A DNA stretch of 45,172 nucleotides, taken from contig NW_005434524.1 of assembly GCF_000315625.1 (NCBI RefSeq), positions 1-45,172 of the forward strand, given 5' to 3'. The DNA comes from Guillardia theta CCMP2712. Its lineage: Eukaryota > Protista > Cryptophyta. The notes under the pieces are model-generated. The model saw nothing but the letters and a program-made list of their open reading frames with translations. It had not been told where the DNA came from and did not search any database. Below are positions 17,799-29,600 of this stretch, in pieces (position 1 is the first letter of the stretch; the number at the start of each line of letters is the position of its first letter). A program made the translations under genes and the position numbers.

Positions 17799-20700
17799 CT
17801 ATCTCAGGAATAGCGTCCTGAACAGCCGCAGGCGCATTTCCAGCAGCTCGTCGGCTTCCATCCTCATCATCGCCGCCTTCCCCAGCCAATCTTTCTTCTC
17901 CTGCATCTCCATGATCTTCTGCTCAATGGTCCCTTGGCACATGTAGCGGATGATGGTGACTGGGCGCGTCTGCCCGATGCGGTGGAGCCGATGCATCGCC
18001 TGCTCATCAACTGCCGCGTTCCACCATGGTTCCATCATGTAAGCTCTCGACGCCATGGTGAGCGAGAGCCCCACGCCTCCCACCTAGAAGGAGGTCAGAG
18101 CGAGGCAAGGGGAGCAGGGGGAAGGAGATCGAAAGGATTGTGACCTTGGTGCTGAGGAGGAGAAGGGCGCCTTGAGGGTAAGTGTCGAAGTCTTGTATCA
18201 GCCGCCGGCGCTGGAGGATGCTCGTCTTGCCATCAATGCGAAAGATGGGGATGCCAGCAGCGATCATGGCACTTTCTATCTCATCCAAACATGAGAGGAA
18301 GTTGGAAAACACGACGGACTTGACTGTCTTGTCTGCCTGCAGAGCCTCCTGCACATCGAGGAGAAGCGCATGAATCTTGGGGTGAAGCCTCTGCTCCTCC
18401 TCTTCCCGCTCCTCCTCTTCCGCTTGCACCCGATCCGTCTGCCTCTCCCCGTCCTCGTCCTCGTCGGATGCGTTGCGAGCAAGGTTCTGTTGAGCCTCCC
18501 TCGTTTGCTCTACCGAGAACACGTCGCCCTTTGAAAATTTGCCGCGGCATAGGGGACAGACAGCGTCCCCGCCGGAAGAAAGTTCCAGGAGCTTCATGAC
18601 ACAGTCCTCGCAGAAGCAGTGACAGCAGGACCGAATTACCCGCTTCGTCTCCTCGTCGAGGTCATCCAGGCAGACGACACATTCCATGGTTTCCTCCTTG
18701 CCAGAAAGCTTCTCCAACATCTTGTCCGCCTCCTCCCGCGTGAGCAGCTTCGTCGCGTTCTCCTCGTCTCCTGCCTGCTGCGCTTTCTTCCTCTCCATAT
18801 AACTCAACACGTACCTTGCCCTCTCCATCCTCTGCTGGGAGACCCCGCGAGAGGAGCAGCAGGTCTGTCGGAGGCGGAGGATACACTCGAGCACTGAAGA
18901 GTACCTCCTCATGACCGCTGTTCCTCCATGCTCGTCGAGGGCAAAGAAAACAGAGCTGGCGGACTCGAAGAGCAAGTTGTACATGTGGAGGTGATGGCCG
19001 TGGAGACGGACAGTGTGAGTCTGGATGGAGAGAGGAGGAAGAGAAGAAGCGAGGAGAGCCTTGGATCGCCTCAAGCAGAATGCCTGCATCACCACCCGCA
19101 GTCGCGTGATGCCGAGGGAACCCTGTGTCTTCAAGAGCCTGTCAAGGAAAACCAACGGAATTAGGGTAATTAAAAGTTGAGAGGAGGAGGGAGGAGGAGG
19201 AGGAGGAGGAGGAGGAAAAAAGAGGTTTCACTTTTTGACATATGTCAGCCAGGTAGAATACTTGTCGAGCGGTTCCACTCTAAGAAACTGCAAGAGAGAC
19301 TGGATATCGTCCACATCATTCTGCAATGGCGTTGCTGTCAAACACCACCGGTTGATGGCCGTCAGTTGCAGACAAGCTCGATGACTTCTTGTTTTCCTGT
19401 TCTTGATCCAATGCGCTTCATCGAGGATCACTCGCCACCATCTCATGTCGAAGATGTCGATGTTCTGGTTTCCGATGATGTCTTGTTTCGAAGATCGTCG
19501 TCCTGTATGATACAAGAGTGATGCAAGATGATAGGATCCACATGCAAACTCACCGTCCTTCTTGGCATGTGTTGCATTGCGATTAAAGAGCCATCTTTGA
19601 TAAAGATTTCTCAAGGTCTCATAGCTTGTAAGAACAACATCGTAATCAGACAGACTGCGTGAGGACACGTTGCAATTTCTTTGCAGGTACTTCGAGTGCA
19701 GTATCATCTTGGTCATCTTGCCATCCTCAATGTGCCTTTCGATCTGCGAGTCCCAGCTTGTCAAGACAGAAACCGGACAGACAATTAGTGTCTTTGCTCG
19801 CTTGCATCCACTTTCAGCCTTGTCAGCTCGGAGAGCGCGATCGGGATCGTTGGACAGGATGAGAGAGAGAACCTGTATTGTTTTGCCTGTTTGAACCGCA
19901 TCACATCATTTGAAGGAGACAGTTGCTCAACATGCAGCTCACCCAATCCCATGTCATCTGCGAGAATTCCACCGAAGATAGGTTCAGGTCGTGAGGTCCT
20001 CCGGACTTTTGCGATCACGCTTTCGTAGTGAGATATCCCTCCATACCCCGTCACTTTCTTCCAGAGAGCTGAGTAGACGAATTCATTAGTGCTAGAACGA
20101 TTGCTGACGTTGTCAGGTTTGAGTTGGCTGTGGAGGTTGTTCCTGTTCCCATCGCTATCGATCAGGTAGCAGTCTTCTTTGTTCAGTGATGCGTTTGTAC
20201 AAGTGCTCAGAGTTGCGTTTTCTCCTCCTTCCCCATCTTGTCGACATTCTCTACTCAACATCCAGTTAATCCCTCGCAACTGGTAATCGTACAGAGTAGT
20301 TCGTAGCCCGAGGGTTCGCAATGTTTCCATGCGGACAAGGGAGAGATCGAGGGAGCTTGTAACATTCTGCAAATCATCAATGATACCCTCCAGCGACTCT
20401 TGTGAGTTCTGTACAGTCCCAGCTGTCCGGTTGATCACGATTGGGTTGTCAAAGATTTCTTGGGTAGCATTCACTATGGTGAAGGGTAGTCCTGACCGTC
20501 TCAAGGCCTTGATCGCCCTCTCTCGAACATTACTGCCTCCTGACAGTCTGACGTCGCAATGCCACACTTCCTTTCTCTCCTTCTCATCGTTGCGATCCTC
20601 TCCTTGCAAACTTTCGTTTTCTTGAAGAATTTTCTGCAGGTACACTCGCGCCCAACAGCGCTTCCTCCAGGATACTGATGGGATGAATTTGCAAAGAAAA

Positions 20701-21119
20701 CGGGCGACTGGTCCGTCCACGAAGCCTACAAGTTGATAAGTTTCGTAAATCTGCAAGAATGTCAATCATTCAAAAGAGGATGAAGTAGTTTTCAACACGA
20801 AACAGGAGTTGAAATCCAATCAGTTCATCGCAAAACCCTAGAGTTTGCGAAGAAGCAATGGTTCATCTGAAATCTTCGATATCATATCATCCCATCTCAC
20901 CTGGCAGACATTTTTCAATATGTCTATGTCTACTTCAAATCCCCAGTGCACATTGACATCTCTCATGCTCTTGGTGAAAACACATGTCGCGTTCATTCTT
21001 GCAATGAGCGTACTCGTCCGCTTCTGAGGCTCTCTGTTCGACGATCTCCTCCTTTCCACTCTGCGATGCAAACCGAACGTGAAGGGACTGGCTGTAGGAT
21101 CCACACCTGCTGCAAGCAC
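17799..21119 (-). CDS. RAD5: RAD5/HLTF-like SNF2 helicase with RING finger (multi-exon; 5' end approximate)
   Basis: GGILADDMGLG, WWRVILDEAHWIKN, RWCLTATPLQN, RING CVVC..CCHCFC..C..CPLC, SVVFS, EPWWN..QAMHRLHRIGQ; GT-AG introns at 18084-18144 and 19139-19231 restore frame. Confidence 0.88.
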
Positions 21120-21356
21120 TTAGATGAAGACAGGAAGGAGAAGACAAACGGACGGAGACTTGGCTGACGGTGAAAGCAATCGGGAGCTGCAACGGCTGCT
21201 TGCATTAGCATGGAGTTTGAATAAGAAAGAAGAGAAGTAAAGGAGTAAAGTATGGAGAATGGAGCCACGAGGAGGTGGTGGAGGATTAGGAAAGAGGAGT
21301 AGAAGGGAGGAGGAAGGAGGAAGGAGGAGGAAGGAGGAGGAAGGAGGAGGAGGAAG

Positions 21357-22187
21357 NNNNNNNNNNNNNNNNNNNNNNNNNNNNNNNNNNNNNNNNNNNN
21401 NNNNNNNNNNNNNNNNNNNNNNNNNNNNNNNNNNNNNNNNNNNNNNNNNNNNNNNNNNNNNNNNNNNNNNNNNNNNNNNNNNNNNNNNNNNNNNNNNNNN
21501 NNNNNNNNNNNNNNNNNNNNNNNNNNNNNNNNNNNNNNNNNNNNNNNNNNNNNNNNNNNNNNNNNNNNNNNNNNNNNNNNNNNNNNNNNNNNNNNNNNNN
21601 NNNNNNNNNNNNNNNNNNNNNNNNNNNNNNNNNNNNNNNNNNNNNNNNNNNNNNNNNNNNNNNNNNNNNNNNNNNNNNNNNNNNNNNNNNNNNNNNNNNN
21701 NNNNNNNNNNNNNNNNNNNNNNNNNNNNNNNNNNNNNNNNNNNNNNNNNNNNNNNNNNNNNNNNNNNNNNNNNNNNNNNNNNNNNNNNNNNNNNNNNNNN
21801 NNNNNNNNNNNNNNNNNNNNNNNNNNNNNNNNNNNNNNNNNNNNNNNNNNNNNNNNNNNNNNNNNNNNNNNNNNNNNNNNNNNNNNNNNNNNNNNNNNNN
21901 NNNNNNNNNNNNNNNNNNNNNNNNNNNNNNNNNNNNNNNNNNNNNNNNNNNNNNNNNNNNNNNNNNNNNNNNNNNNNNNNNNNNNNNNNNNNNNNNNNNN
22001 NNNNNNNNNNNNNNNNNNNNNNNNNNNNNNNNNNNNNNNNNNNNNNNNNNNNNNNNNNNNNNNNNNNNNNNNNNNNNNNNNNNNNNNNNNNNNNNNNNNN
22101 NNNNNNNNNNNNNNNNNNNNNNNNNNNNNNNNNNNNNNNNNNNNNNNNNNNNNNNNNNNNNNNNNNNNNNNNNNNNNNNNNNNNNNN
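21357..22187. other. Assembly gap (N run) flanked by GGA/GGAA purine microsatellite (~21270-22435)
   Basis: N run with low-complexity flanks. Confidence 0.99.
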
Positions 22188-22649
22188 GGGGGGAGGAAGA
22201 GGAGGGGGGAGGAGCAGGAGCAGGAAGGATGAGGAGGAGGATGAGGATGAGGGAGAGAAGCAGGAAGGAGCAGGAGCAGGAGCAGGAGCAGGAAGGGGAA
22301 GCAGGAGGAGGAGCAGGAGGAGGAGCAGGAGGAGGAGCAGGAGGAAGGAGTAGGAGGAAGGAGGAAGGAGGAAGGAGGAGGAGGAGGTGGTGGTGGTGAT
22401 GGTGGAGGAGGAGCGAGGAAGGAGGAGGAAGGAAAGCTATCGAAGCAGCAGAGAGGAGCAATCCAAAGGGAGATGAGAAGGAAGCGAGGGAGGATGAACA
22501 GTCACAAGGGCAGAAACAAATACGCACAGCTTCCGAGGAGCTCCGATGAAAATCGAGATCCTTTCCAGGGATTACGAACAGCAGAGAAAGCAATGTTGGC
22601 TGTCTCTTTGGCATCGTCGTCAAGATTGCTGCAGACAGAAAACAAATCA

Positions 22650-23293
22650 TAGGGAGTTAACATGAAAATCTTTCGTCACTTGTATCCGCTGATCTCGCTG
22701 GCTCGTCCAACAGCATGAGACGGGACTTGTTCTGTCACTGACTGGTTTCCTTGGTCGAGATTGCTGATGATCCATCTGCTGCCGTAGCTCACTTGAGACC
22801 ACTGCCAACTCCAACCACCTCACGGCATCCTCGACGTCTCCTTGCGGATCCTGAGCGACAGCCCTCTGCAGTGAAGAGTCAATATGATATGATGGAGTGC
22901 TCTGCAGCGACCTTTGCCGTTGACCTCGATGCTCCCATCTCCATTAGCCGCGTCACTTTCCTCTCCAAATCGTTGCTCATCGCCCCTGATGCGATAAGAT
23001 GAGGGGAGCAGGGAGGGAAAGGAGGGAGAGAAAGGGGAGATTGGGGTGTCAGTAGAACCATCACCTGAGCTGCTCTCCTCGTTATCAGACTGCCAGTCGT
23101 TTCCTCCACCTGAGCTGCTCTCCTCGTTATCAGACTGCCAGTCACTTCCTCCTCTACACGGATGTATGCGACTCCGGAGCTGACAGATCCTGGAGAATGT
23201 GCTGCTGCTACCTCCGACTGCCTGTTGTACCCTTGATTGCAAGGGAGGACAGAGGAGCAGAAGGATGACGATCTTGAGCATCTTCGTGATCAT
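22650..23293 (-). CDS. Spliced gene with signal-peptide-like N-terminus, a 13-aa duplication and a UBA domain (3' extent uncertain)
   Basis: MLKIVILLLLCPP; DWQSDNEESSSG twice; removing two GT-AG introns gives LERKVTRLMEMGASRSTAKRAVAQDPQGDVEDAVRWL, a UBA-like pattern. Confidence 0.55.
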
Positions 23294-23458
23294 CTGATCG
23301 GGAGACATCCAAGCCCTTGTCATGCATCCTCACTCGACCATGAGCATGTGGGAACCCTCCTCCTTCTCCTGCTCCCTCTCCCTGTCCTGTCCTGTCGGGT
23401 AAGGTTATACACCCTACCCCTCATGAAGGACTTTTTAATTACCAGAAAGGGATTAAAT

Positions 23459-23497
23459 GCCCCTGCCCCTGCCCCTGCCCCTGCTCCTGCTCCTGCC

Positions 23498-23547
<50 letters not shown>
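23459..23547. repeat. (GCCCCT/GCTCCT)n hexamer microsatellite, followed by a pyrimidine tract (~23640-23825)
   Basis: Direct observation. Confidence 0.9.
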
Positions 23548-23548
<1 letters not shown>

Positions 23549-24299
23549 CCTCTGCCCTCTCTTGCGACTGCAGCTCTATGTGTCCGTCTCTCTTGTCCAT
23601 CGAGAAGACATATGAAGCAAGCCTTGCCCTACCTTCGTCCTCCCTTTCCTCCTCTTTCCCTCTTTCCCTTCTCCCTCTCTTCCTTCCTCCTTCCTCTCCT
23701 TCCCTTCCCTTCTCTTTCCTCTTTCTATCGCTTCTCTTTCCTTGTCTCTCCCTCACATCACCTGACCTCTCCCTTCCCCCTCCCTTCCCTTCTCTTTCCC
23801 TACCCTCGATCCTCTCCTCTTCCTCAGCTTATCCTACCGAGCTCTGTCAGGACCCCTCCTTTATCTCTCCCTCCCACCCCTACCCCACGGTCCAACTCAT
23901 TGAGGGTCACGTTGTCCTCCCGGCTGCACTACAAGGGCCCGGGCCTGTGGAATGTACGGTCCCGGCCCGGGCCCCGGGCCGTGACTGAGACTCACCTCTC
24001 AGCTCCAGCTGTGGGGCCACGTGAGGATGCAAGCTGCACACCCGACCTTAGCAACTTAGCCCGGCACAGGCCCTGGTGACAGCATTGCCCGGGGATTCGT
24101 GCAAGACATGGGAAGGCCCTTGCAGGTCCTCAGAGCAGGTAGTGATATCGACAGTGGCGGCCAAGGTCGTTCTTCCCAAGTACCTGGCACTGAGGAGCTC
24201 CATCGAGGTGCCGGTTGTGGGTAGGGCCCCGGCAGCCCACGGGCGCAGCCTTCAGCGCAGGAAACTCGATCTCGCACTGGAGCATTATGAAAATCGGGA

Positions 24300-25039
24300 T
24301 CTTCACAAGCAAGACGCACCCTCACGGGGGCAGGCCTGTCTCCATCCCGTAAGATCCACTGCAGCTGACTTGGTGAATTTATTTAGGACCTTATTCACGT
24401 GCTTCTCATGGAGGATAGCGTCGCCCGAGGCCTCTCCAAATATGAGCTGATGACGAGAGGCTTGAATATTGCCAGGGTCAAGCCGCAAAGGAGTGTCTTG
24501 GTAAATCTGATCGAAGTCATCAGTCCGCCTGCACTGCTCAGCAGCGGCTGGTCGCAGTGCAGGATGAGGTCCCCGGGTGACTGTGCGTGGAGGGCGACCA
24601 CGTATGAAAGTTAATGCGACGCGTGGCCGAGCGAGTACCATAGGTGTGCGACAACCGAAAGGCCGCGTGTGAAGCTCTGCAGCGCTTGGCTCGTCAGACA
24701 GCGGAGCCTGGGTAGGTGGGGCCTCAGACTGCGAGGATCTGGCAGGAAGGGGCCCAGGATAGCCCCAGTAACTCCAGAAGATGAAGGTAATGAACACCGT
24801 TGAAAAGCCTAGGCTGAGGTACCCCTACCATGGAATGCCACAGCTCCCGGCCCTCCGTCTCTTGTGCACCGGCCTCCTCCTCCACGCCCTGGTTGCTTCC
24901 GTATTAGATATTTTCAGTGTTGTTGACCTCCGGGCCCTGCTTAAGTCCGAGCCCGGTTCCCTTCCTGGTGTCGTATCCTCCTAGCCCCTCTTCCCTCCCC
25001 ACTGTCATCATGTGTACTGAGTCGGCCACTGTGGCAGGG
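24300..25039 (-). mobile_element. Decayed relic related to family B, joined at its 5' side to telomeric repeats (left boundary uncertain)
   Basis: ~24890-24960 encodes PGSDLSRARRSTTLKISNTEATR vs PGSELERARRKSLLKTSNTEATR at ~3108-3177; CCACTGTGGC also shared. Confidence 0.6.
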
Positions 25040-25095
25040 CTAAACCTTCACTAAACCCTAAACCCTAAACCTTCACTAAACCCTAAACCCTAAAC
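25040..25095. repeat. Interstitial telomeric tract with a variant unit, as a 25-bp duplication (CTAAACCTTCACTAAACCCTAAACC)x2
   Basis: Direct observation. Confidence 0.9.
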
Positions 25096-26623
25096 TCTCA
25101 TCCTGGCATCTCATCCTCCCATCTCATCCTCGCATCCCCTTGCGGTTTGTCTTGCTTCACACAGTCCCACCGATACTTCCACATTCCAAATCCTAGAGAT
25201 CCGGATCCTCTTTCATGACGAAATCAACATCCCACCAGCTTTAGATTGTGCTGCTGTGACGAGCACTACCGACTTCTTCCAAGTTGAGGCCGCAAGAAAA
25301 GGCTTGGCGAGACTTCCATGACCTCCATTCATACTGTGCACGAGACACAACGAAGTCTTCATGACATGCGGGAGGTCGCAGTCCTGGGTCGCGCAGAGAA
25401 CACATGTCGCAGAAACGTTAGTGTCGGACAGCAATGAGGATCAAACAACCGCAGTGGATTCCCCCAAATCACAAACCATAGATACAGCGGGGAATTTGCT
25501 CAAGAACAGAAGAGGAAGTTACGCCACTGTTACAGATGCAGTTACCCTCAGTCCGCATAATGGATCCATTGATCAGGACGTTAACTTCTCCGGCAGGACG
25601 AAAGAAAAACTTGCTTTTGGGGAAATGGAATAAGTACATCATCGCATTCATATGTTCTTAATTATTTGGTATTTCCATTCGTGGTACAACAAACAAAACT
25701 GAATTCGAGATTCATCATAAGAAAACGCACGGTTTGGCTGCTTGCTCAAGAAACGCAGCAAACACTGACTGCTGGTCTGTTTGGGTCTGACGAACTGACC
25801 AATTCGAATTCCTGTCAAAACCAATCAATGCGACCCTTGCACCTCATCAAGCAATTATTCACCTGAGATGTTGCAACATCCTTGCGGAAATTTTGCAACC
25901 GTTCTGCAAGTTTAATTGTCGCATACTGCATGGGAGTGTAGCACAATTGAGTTCTTACCTACATCAAAATTCGAATGATCTCCATGTGCCCGTTTCCAAT
26001 GCAAAGTGCAAAGGGGTCTGCAAGCAATATTTATGTGAAAGTGCAAGCAATATTTATATGAAGTGATCCACCTCCCCGTCTTGGTTTTGGGCATTGATGT
26101 TTGCTCCAGATTCCAGCAACAAATTTACAACTGCTTGCTGCCCAACACAGCACGCATAATGTGGTGGCCTCCTGCCACACGACCATCAAAGCACTTCTAA
26201 CTCCCTCAGACAGCACAAACCCAATAGCTGCTGGTGGAGTTAGAAGTGCTTTGATAGCTTCTCTTCCGCATCTCACTTGTCGCAGGACGGGCCAACGCAC
26301 CCAAGCATCAAACAAGACTGGTCGAGGAGGTGAAGAGCGGCTGCCGGAATCTTGAGACCTGCCTCAGGTCGGAGGGGATCAGAAACCTCGAATGCAACTC
26401 TATGCTAAACGCCGGAGAGAAGAACGGCTAGGCTTACGGAGAAGACGACTCTAAGGTAGGAGAAAACGATGATAAGGAGAAGTAGGAGAAGTGAGAGAGA
26501 AAAACTGCAATTTTGCGGTTTATGTAGAACTGATGATTCCTGTCCCCTCCCTCTTTTCACCTTCACCTCAGCCTGACACTAGGAGCCGGAGAGGATCTGG
26601 CGGAGAATGTTCCTGCTCACCGG

Positions 26624-29600
26624 TTAGGAGGAGAGCAAGGAGAACAAGTAAGCAGAGCAAGCAAACCTGCTCTCGTGTTCGAGCAACACGCAGACGGCAT
26701 GGTAGAACATCGCCTGCATGCTGTCTGCGCCCGTTCCGTCCTCGAGGAGCTCGTTCACCTCCCGCGGAATCTCTAGGATGGTCGTCTGCTCATCCCCCAC
26801 CTGAGCATGGAAGTGTCCCGAAACCTTTTGCTGGACGAAGTTGGTGAGGCCGAAGCAAGCCCCTGGGTCGAGGATCTTGTAAACATCGTCAAGCCGCTTC
26901 AGCTTGACTTGTCCCGTGAACACAAAGAAGATGCTTGCCGTCCTGTGCGCCAGGGCGAACTCGCTCCTTCGCTCCAGCCGATGGACTTTGCCGTACCTGT
27001 CCAGAATGCTTGCGAACGAGGGCTGCCGGTGAGCTGCCTCGGTACTGGCGCTGGCCTTGTGATCGGCGATGTTGCGCTTGAGGAGGCTGAGGACCTGGAA
27101 GGCACGATGACAGGAGGCGAAGGCCAGCTCGAAGGTGTTGTAGAGGGTAGAGGAACCCTCACAATCTGTGGAGACGCGAATGATAAGCGTGGTCTGCTGG
27201 TAGCGATCCTTGAACGCAACGCTCTCCATGGCAGCGACAGGCATCAGCTGCGATTGCAAGTCGATGACGGGGCCGTAGATGAGCGGGTCTAGGATCACAT
27301 ACCTGTTGAAGAACATGATCCTCATCTTAACCTCCTTCCGCAGCTCCGGGCGTCTCAGCTTGCACTTGAACGTGCGCAGCAGTCGCTCCGTCAGCGGCAG
27401 CCCAAAAGTACGGATGCAGCTCGTACGGAGTCGCTCCTTGGCGTCCTGCTCGGGGAGGATAGAACGATCGTTGAGTGCCTTGAGGGAGGCCATCCGGATC
27501 ATTTCCATCTGGATGCGATCAAGTCGTATGGCAAGCAGGATGCTCAGGGACTTGTAAAAGCTGCTCGTCTCCCTTGCTGTCCGTAGCCCCTCGATGGAAA
27601 TCTTCTCGACATCTATCTCCTCGCTTCCACTCTTCTCTCTGTTGCTCCTCAGCAGCTCGCGATCTCTCGCCTGGTCATTTTCCTGGCTGCCCTGCGACTC
27701 TTGCGACACGATCAGCTTCTGGATGAAAAACGTCTTGTAAGGCTTGGGTGACGAGATTCGCGTCAGGTCCTGCTGGTTGCTCTCCATTCTGCTCGATAAC
27801 TTCGAAGCCTGCTGGATCTGCGAGATCCACATCGCTCTTTCTTGCTCGTTTAATGCCGCGCAGTAGAAGGTGCGATTCTGCATGACGTCTTGGATCGCGA
27901 AGGCCCACAGGCACTCGCTGTCCGCATGCTCCGACACATGGCAGTCGCGCAGGTTAATATTTCCCTTCGCTACCTCATTGCCTTTGAACGCACCCTCACT
28001 CGAGTAGTACTCCAGCTGCTGCCCCTTGAGCACAAAGTAGCGGTCCTTCCAGGACAAATTGTACCAGCCTCGCTTCTTGAGGACGCCTCTGCGAGAATGT
28101 GAGGAACGGAAGCAGATCAACAGGTACACAGAGAGGAGATATAGACTCACTGGTGGACGGAGCGAAAGTAGGAGATGTGCAAAAGACTCGTGGTCTGCCC
28201 TTCTGCTTGACTCGCTTGCACTGTACGGCCTCGCTTAACCAGGCAGATTACCTGAGTCTTGTCCTCGCGAGCTCGCAGACTCATGAAGGTCCCGTCGTAG
28301 AGGAAGTCAGCACCGAGCACCACGGAGCCGGAGCCGAAGATGCACAATATGGGTACACGGACGTTCTGCCTGTTGTTTTCATCGGGGATGCTGTTGCCGA
28401 GGCTGTGAAACTGCACCATCACATTGTTGTCATCTTTCAAGACTCCCTCCACCGCCCCCTTCTGGATGAAGTAGACGTAGTCGTTGCGGAAAGACTCTTT
28501 GGTGAGGTACTCGCCCTTGCGCAGCGTCATGGAGATTGCGAACTCGTTGTGGGTGAACATCAGCTGGAAGGACCTGATCTGAGCCTCAATCAGTCGGTCG
28601 CTTGATGCCCCGTCGAAGAACAGCAGCTTTGTTTCGGGCTTGAGATGAACTTGCAGGTGAAATGTTTGGTCAAACATCTGATTCGAGCTGTCCTTATGCA
28701 ACATGTCCACGTTACGCTTGTGGAAAACAATCAAATCTCTCCCTTCGTAGAAAGATGTATGGAACATGACGAAGAAAGCGAGTTTGCGCTTGGAGTTCAT
28801 CCCAACATTCTGGAAGACACAGGGCAACGTCAAGCATGAAACTTAAAGACAGCGAGAGAGGAGGAGAGCAGAGAGGGAGAGAACAGAGAGGAAGGATAGC
28901 AGAGGGGGAGGAGAGGAGAGTGGGAGGAGAGGAGAGCGGGAGGAGAGGAGAGCGGGAGGAGAGGAGAGCGGGAGGAGAGCAGAAGGGGATGAAAGCTCAC
29001 CGGATGGATAAAGAAGTCTATTCTCACATCTGCCCAGATTAAGACATCCGTGCTAAGCTCAATATAGACTCCATATGGCTCAGACTCCGACTTTGTTTTC
29101 ATGACCTCTTGCGGGGGAATCAAGTCGAGAGAGTCCAACACGACTGTCCTCTGACATTTCACGACGTAACTGCAGGCCATTGGTTAACAGCCGTCGAGTC
29201 GACCACGAGAGACAGACAGGGTTGGAGGGGGGAAAGGAGGGGCAGCAAGAGCAGCAAGAGTCCGAGAGAGAGAGAGCGAAAGACAGGAGGGCGGGAGCAG
29301 AAGACTTAAAGCAGGATCACCTCATGCGTACCGACTTGTACTTTTCCATGAAGCGATTGCAGCGGAGCGTCAGTTTCTCCATGAAGCGGTACTTGACACT
29401 CCAGGGGTCTACCCCACTGTACAGCACGGCTTCCAGGTAGTAGACATAGCGCAACTGACTAGGGCCCTGCACACCTTGGTTGTGCTTCACATTGCGTCTG
29501 CCTACCCCATCTTCGATATCCTCGTCCAGCCCATCCTCAGGGATATAGTCTTGCGTTCGCCGGTACGTGAAGAGCTCCAGAGCGTCAAGAGCGCATCTCC

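Noticed and set aside
21259-22650. 364-aa and 454-aa ORFs
   Set aside because: Artefacts of translating across the N gap and purine microsatellite
23237-24079. 280-aa Pro/Ala-rich ORF
   Set aside because: Built from a hexamer microsatellite and a pyrimidine tract
25200-26400. Possible gene between the telomeric tract and the VSP gene
   Set aside because: Only short ORFs with no motif I can recognise and no supportable exon chain
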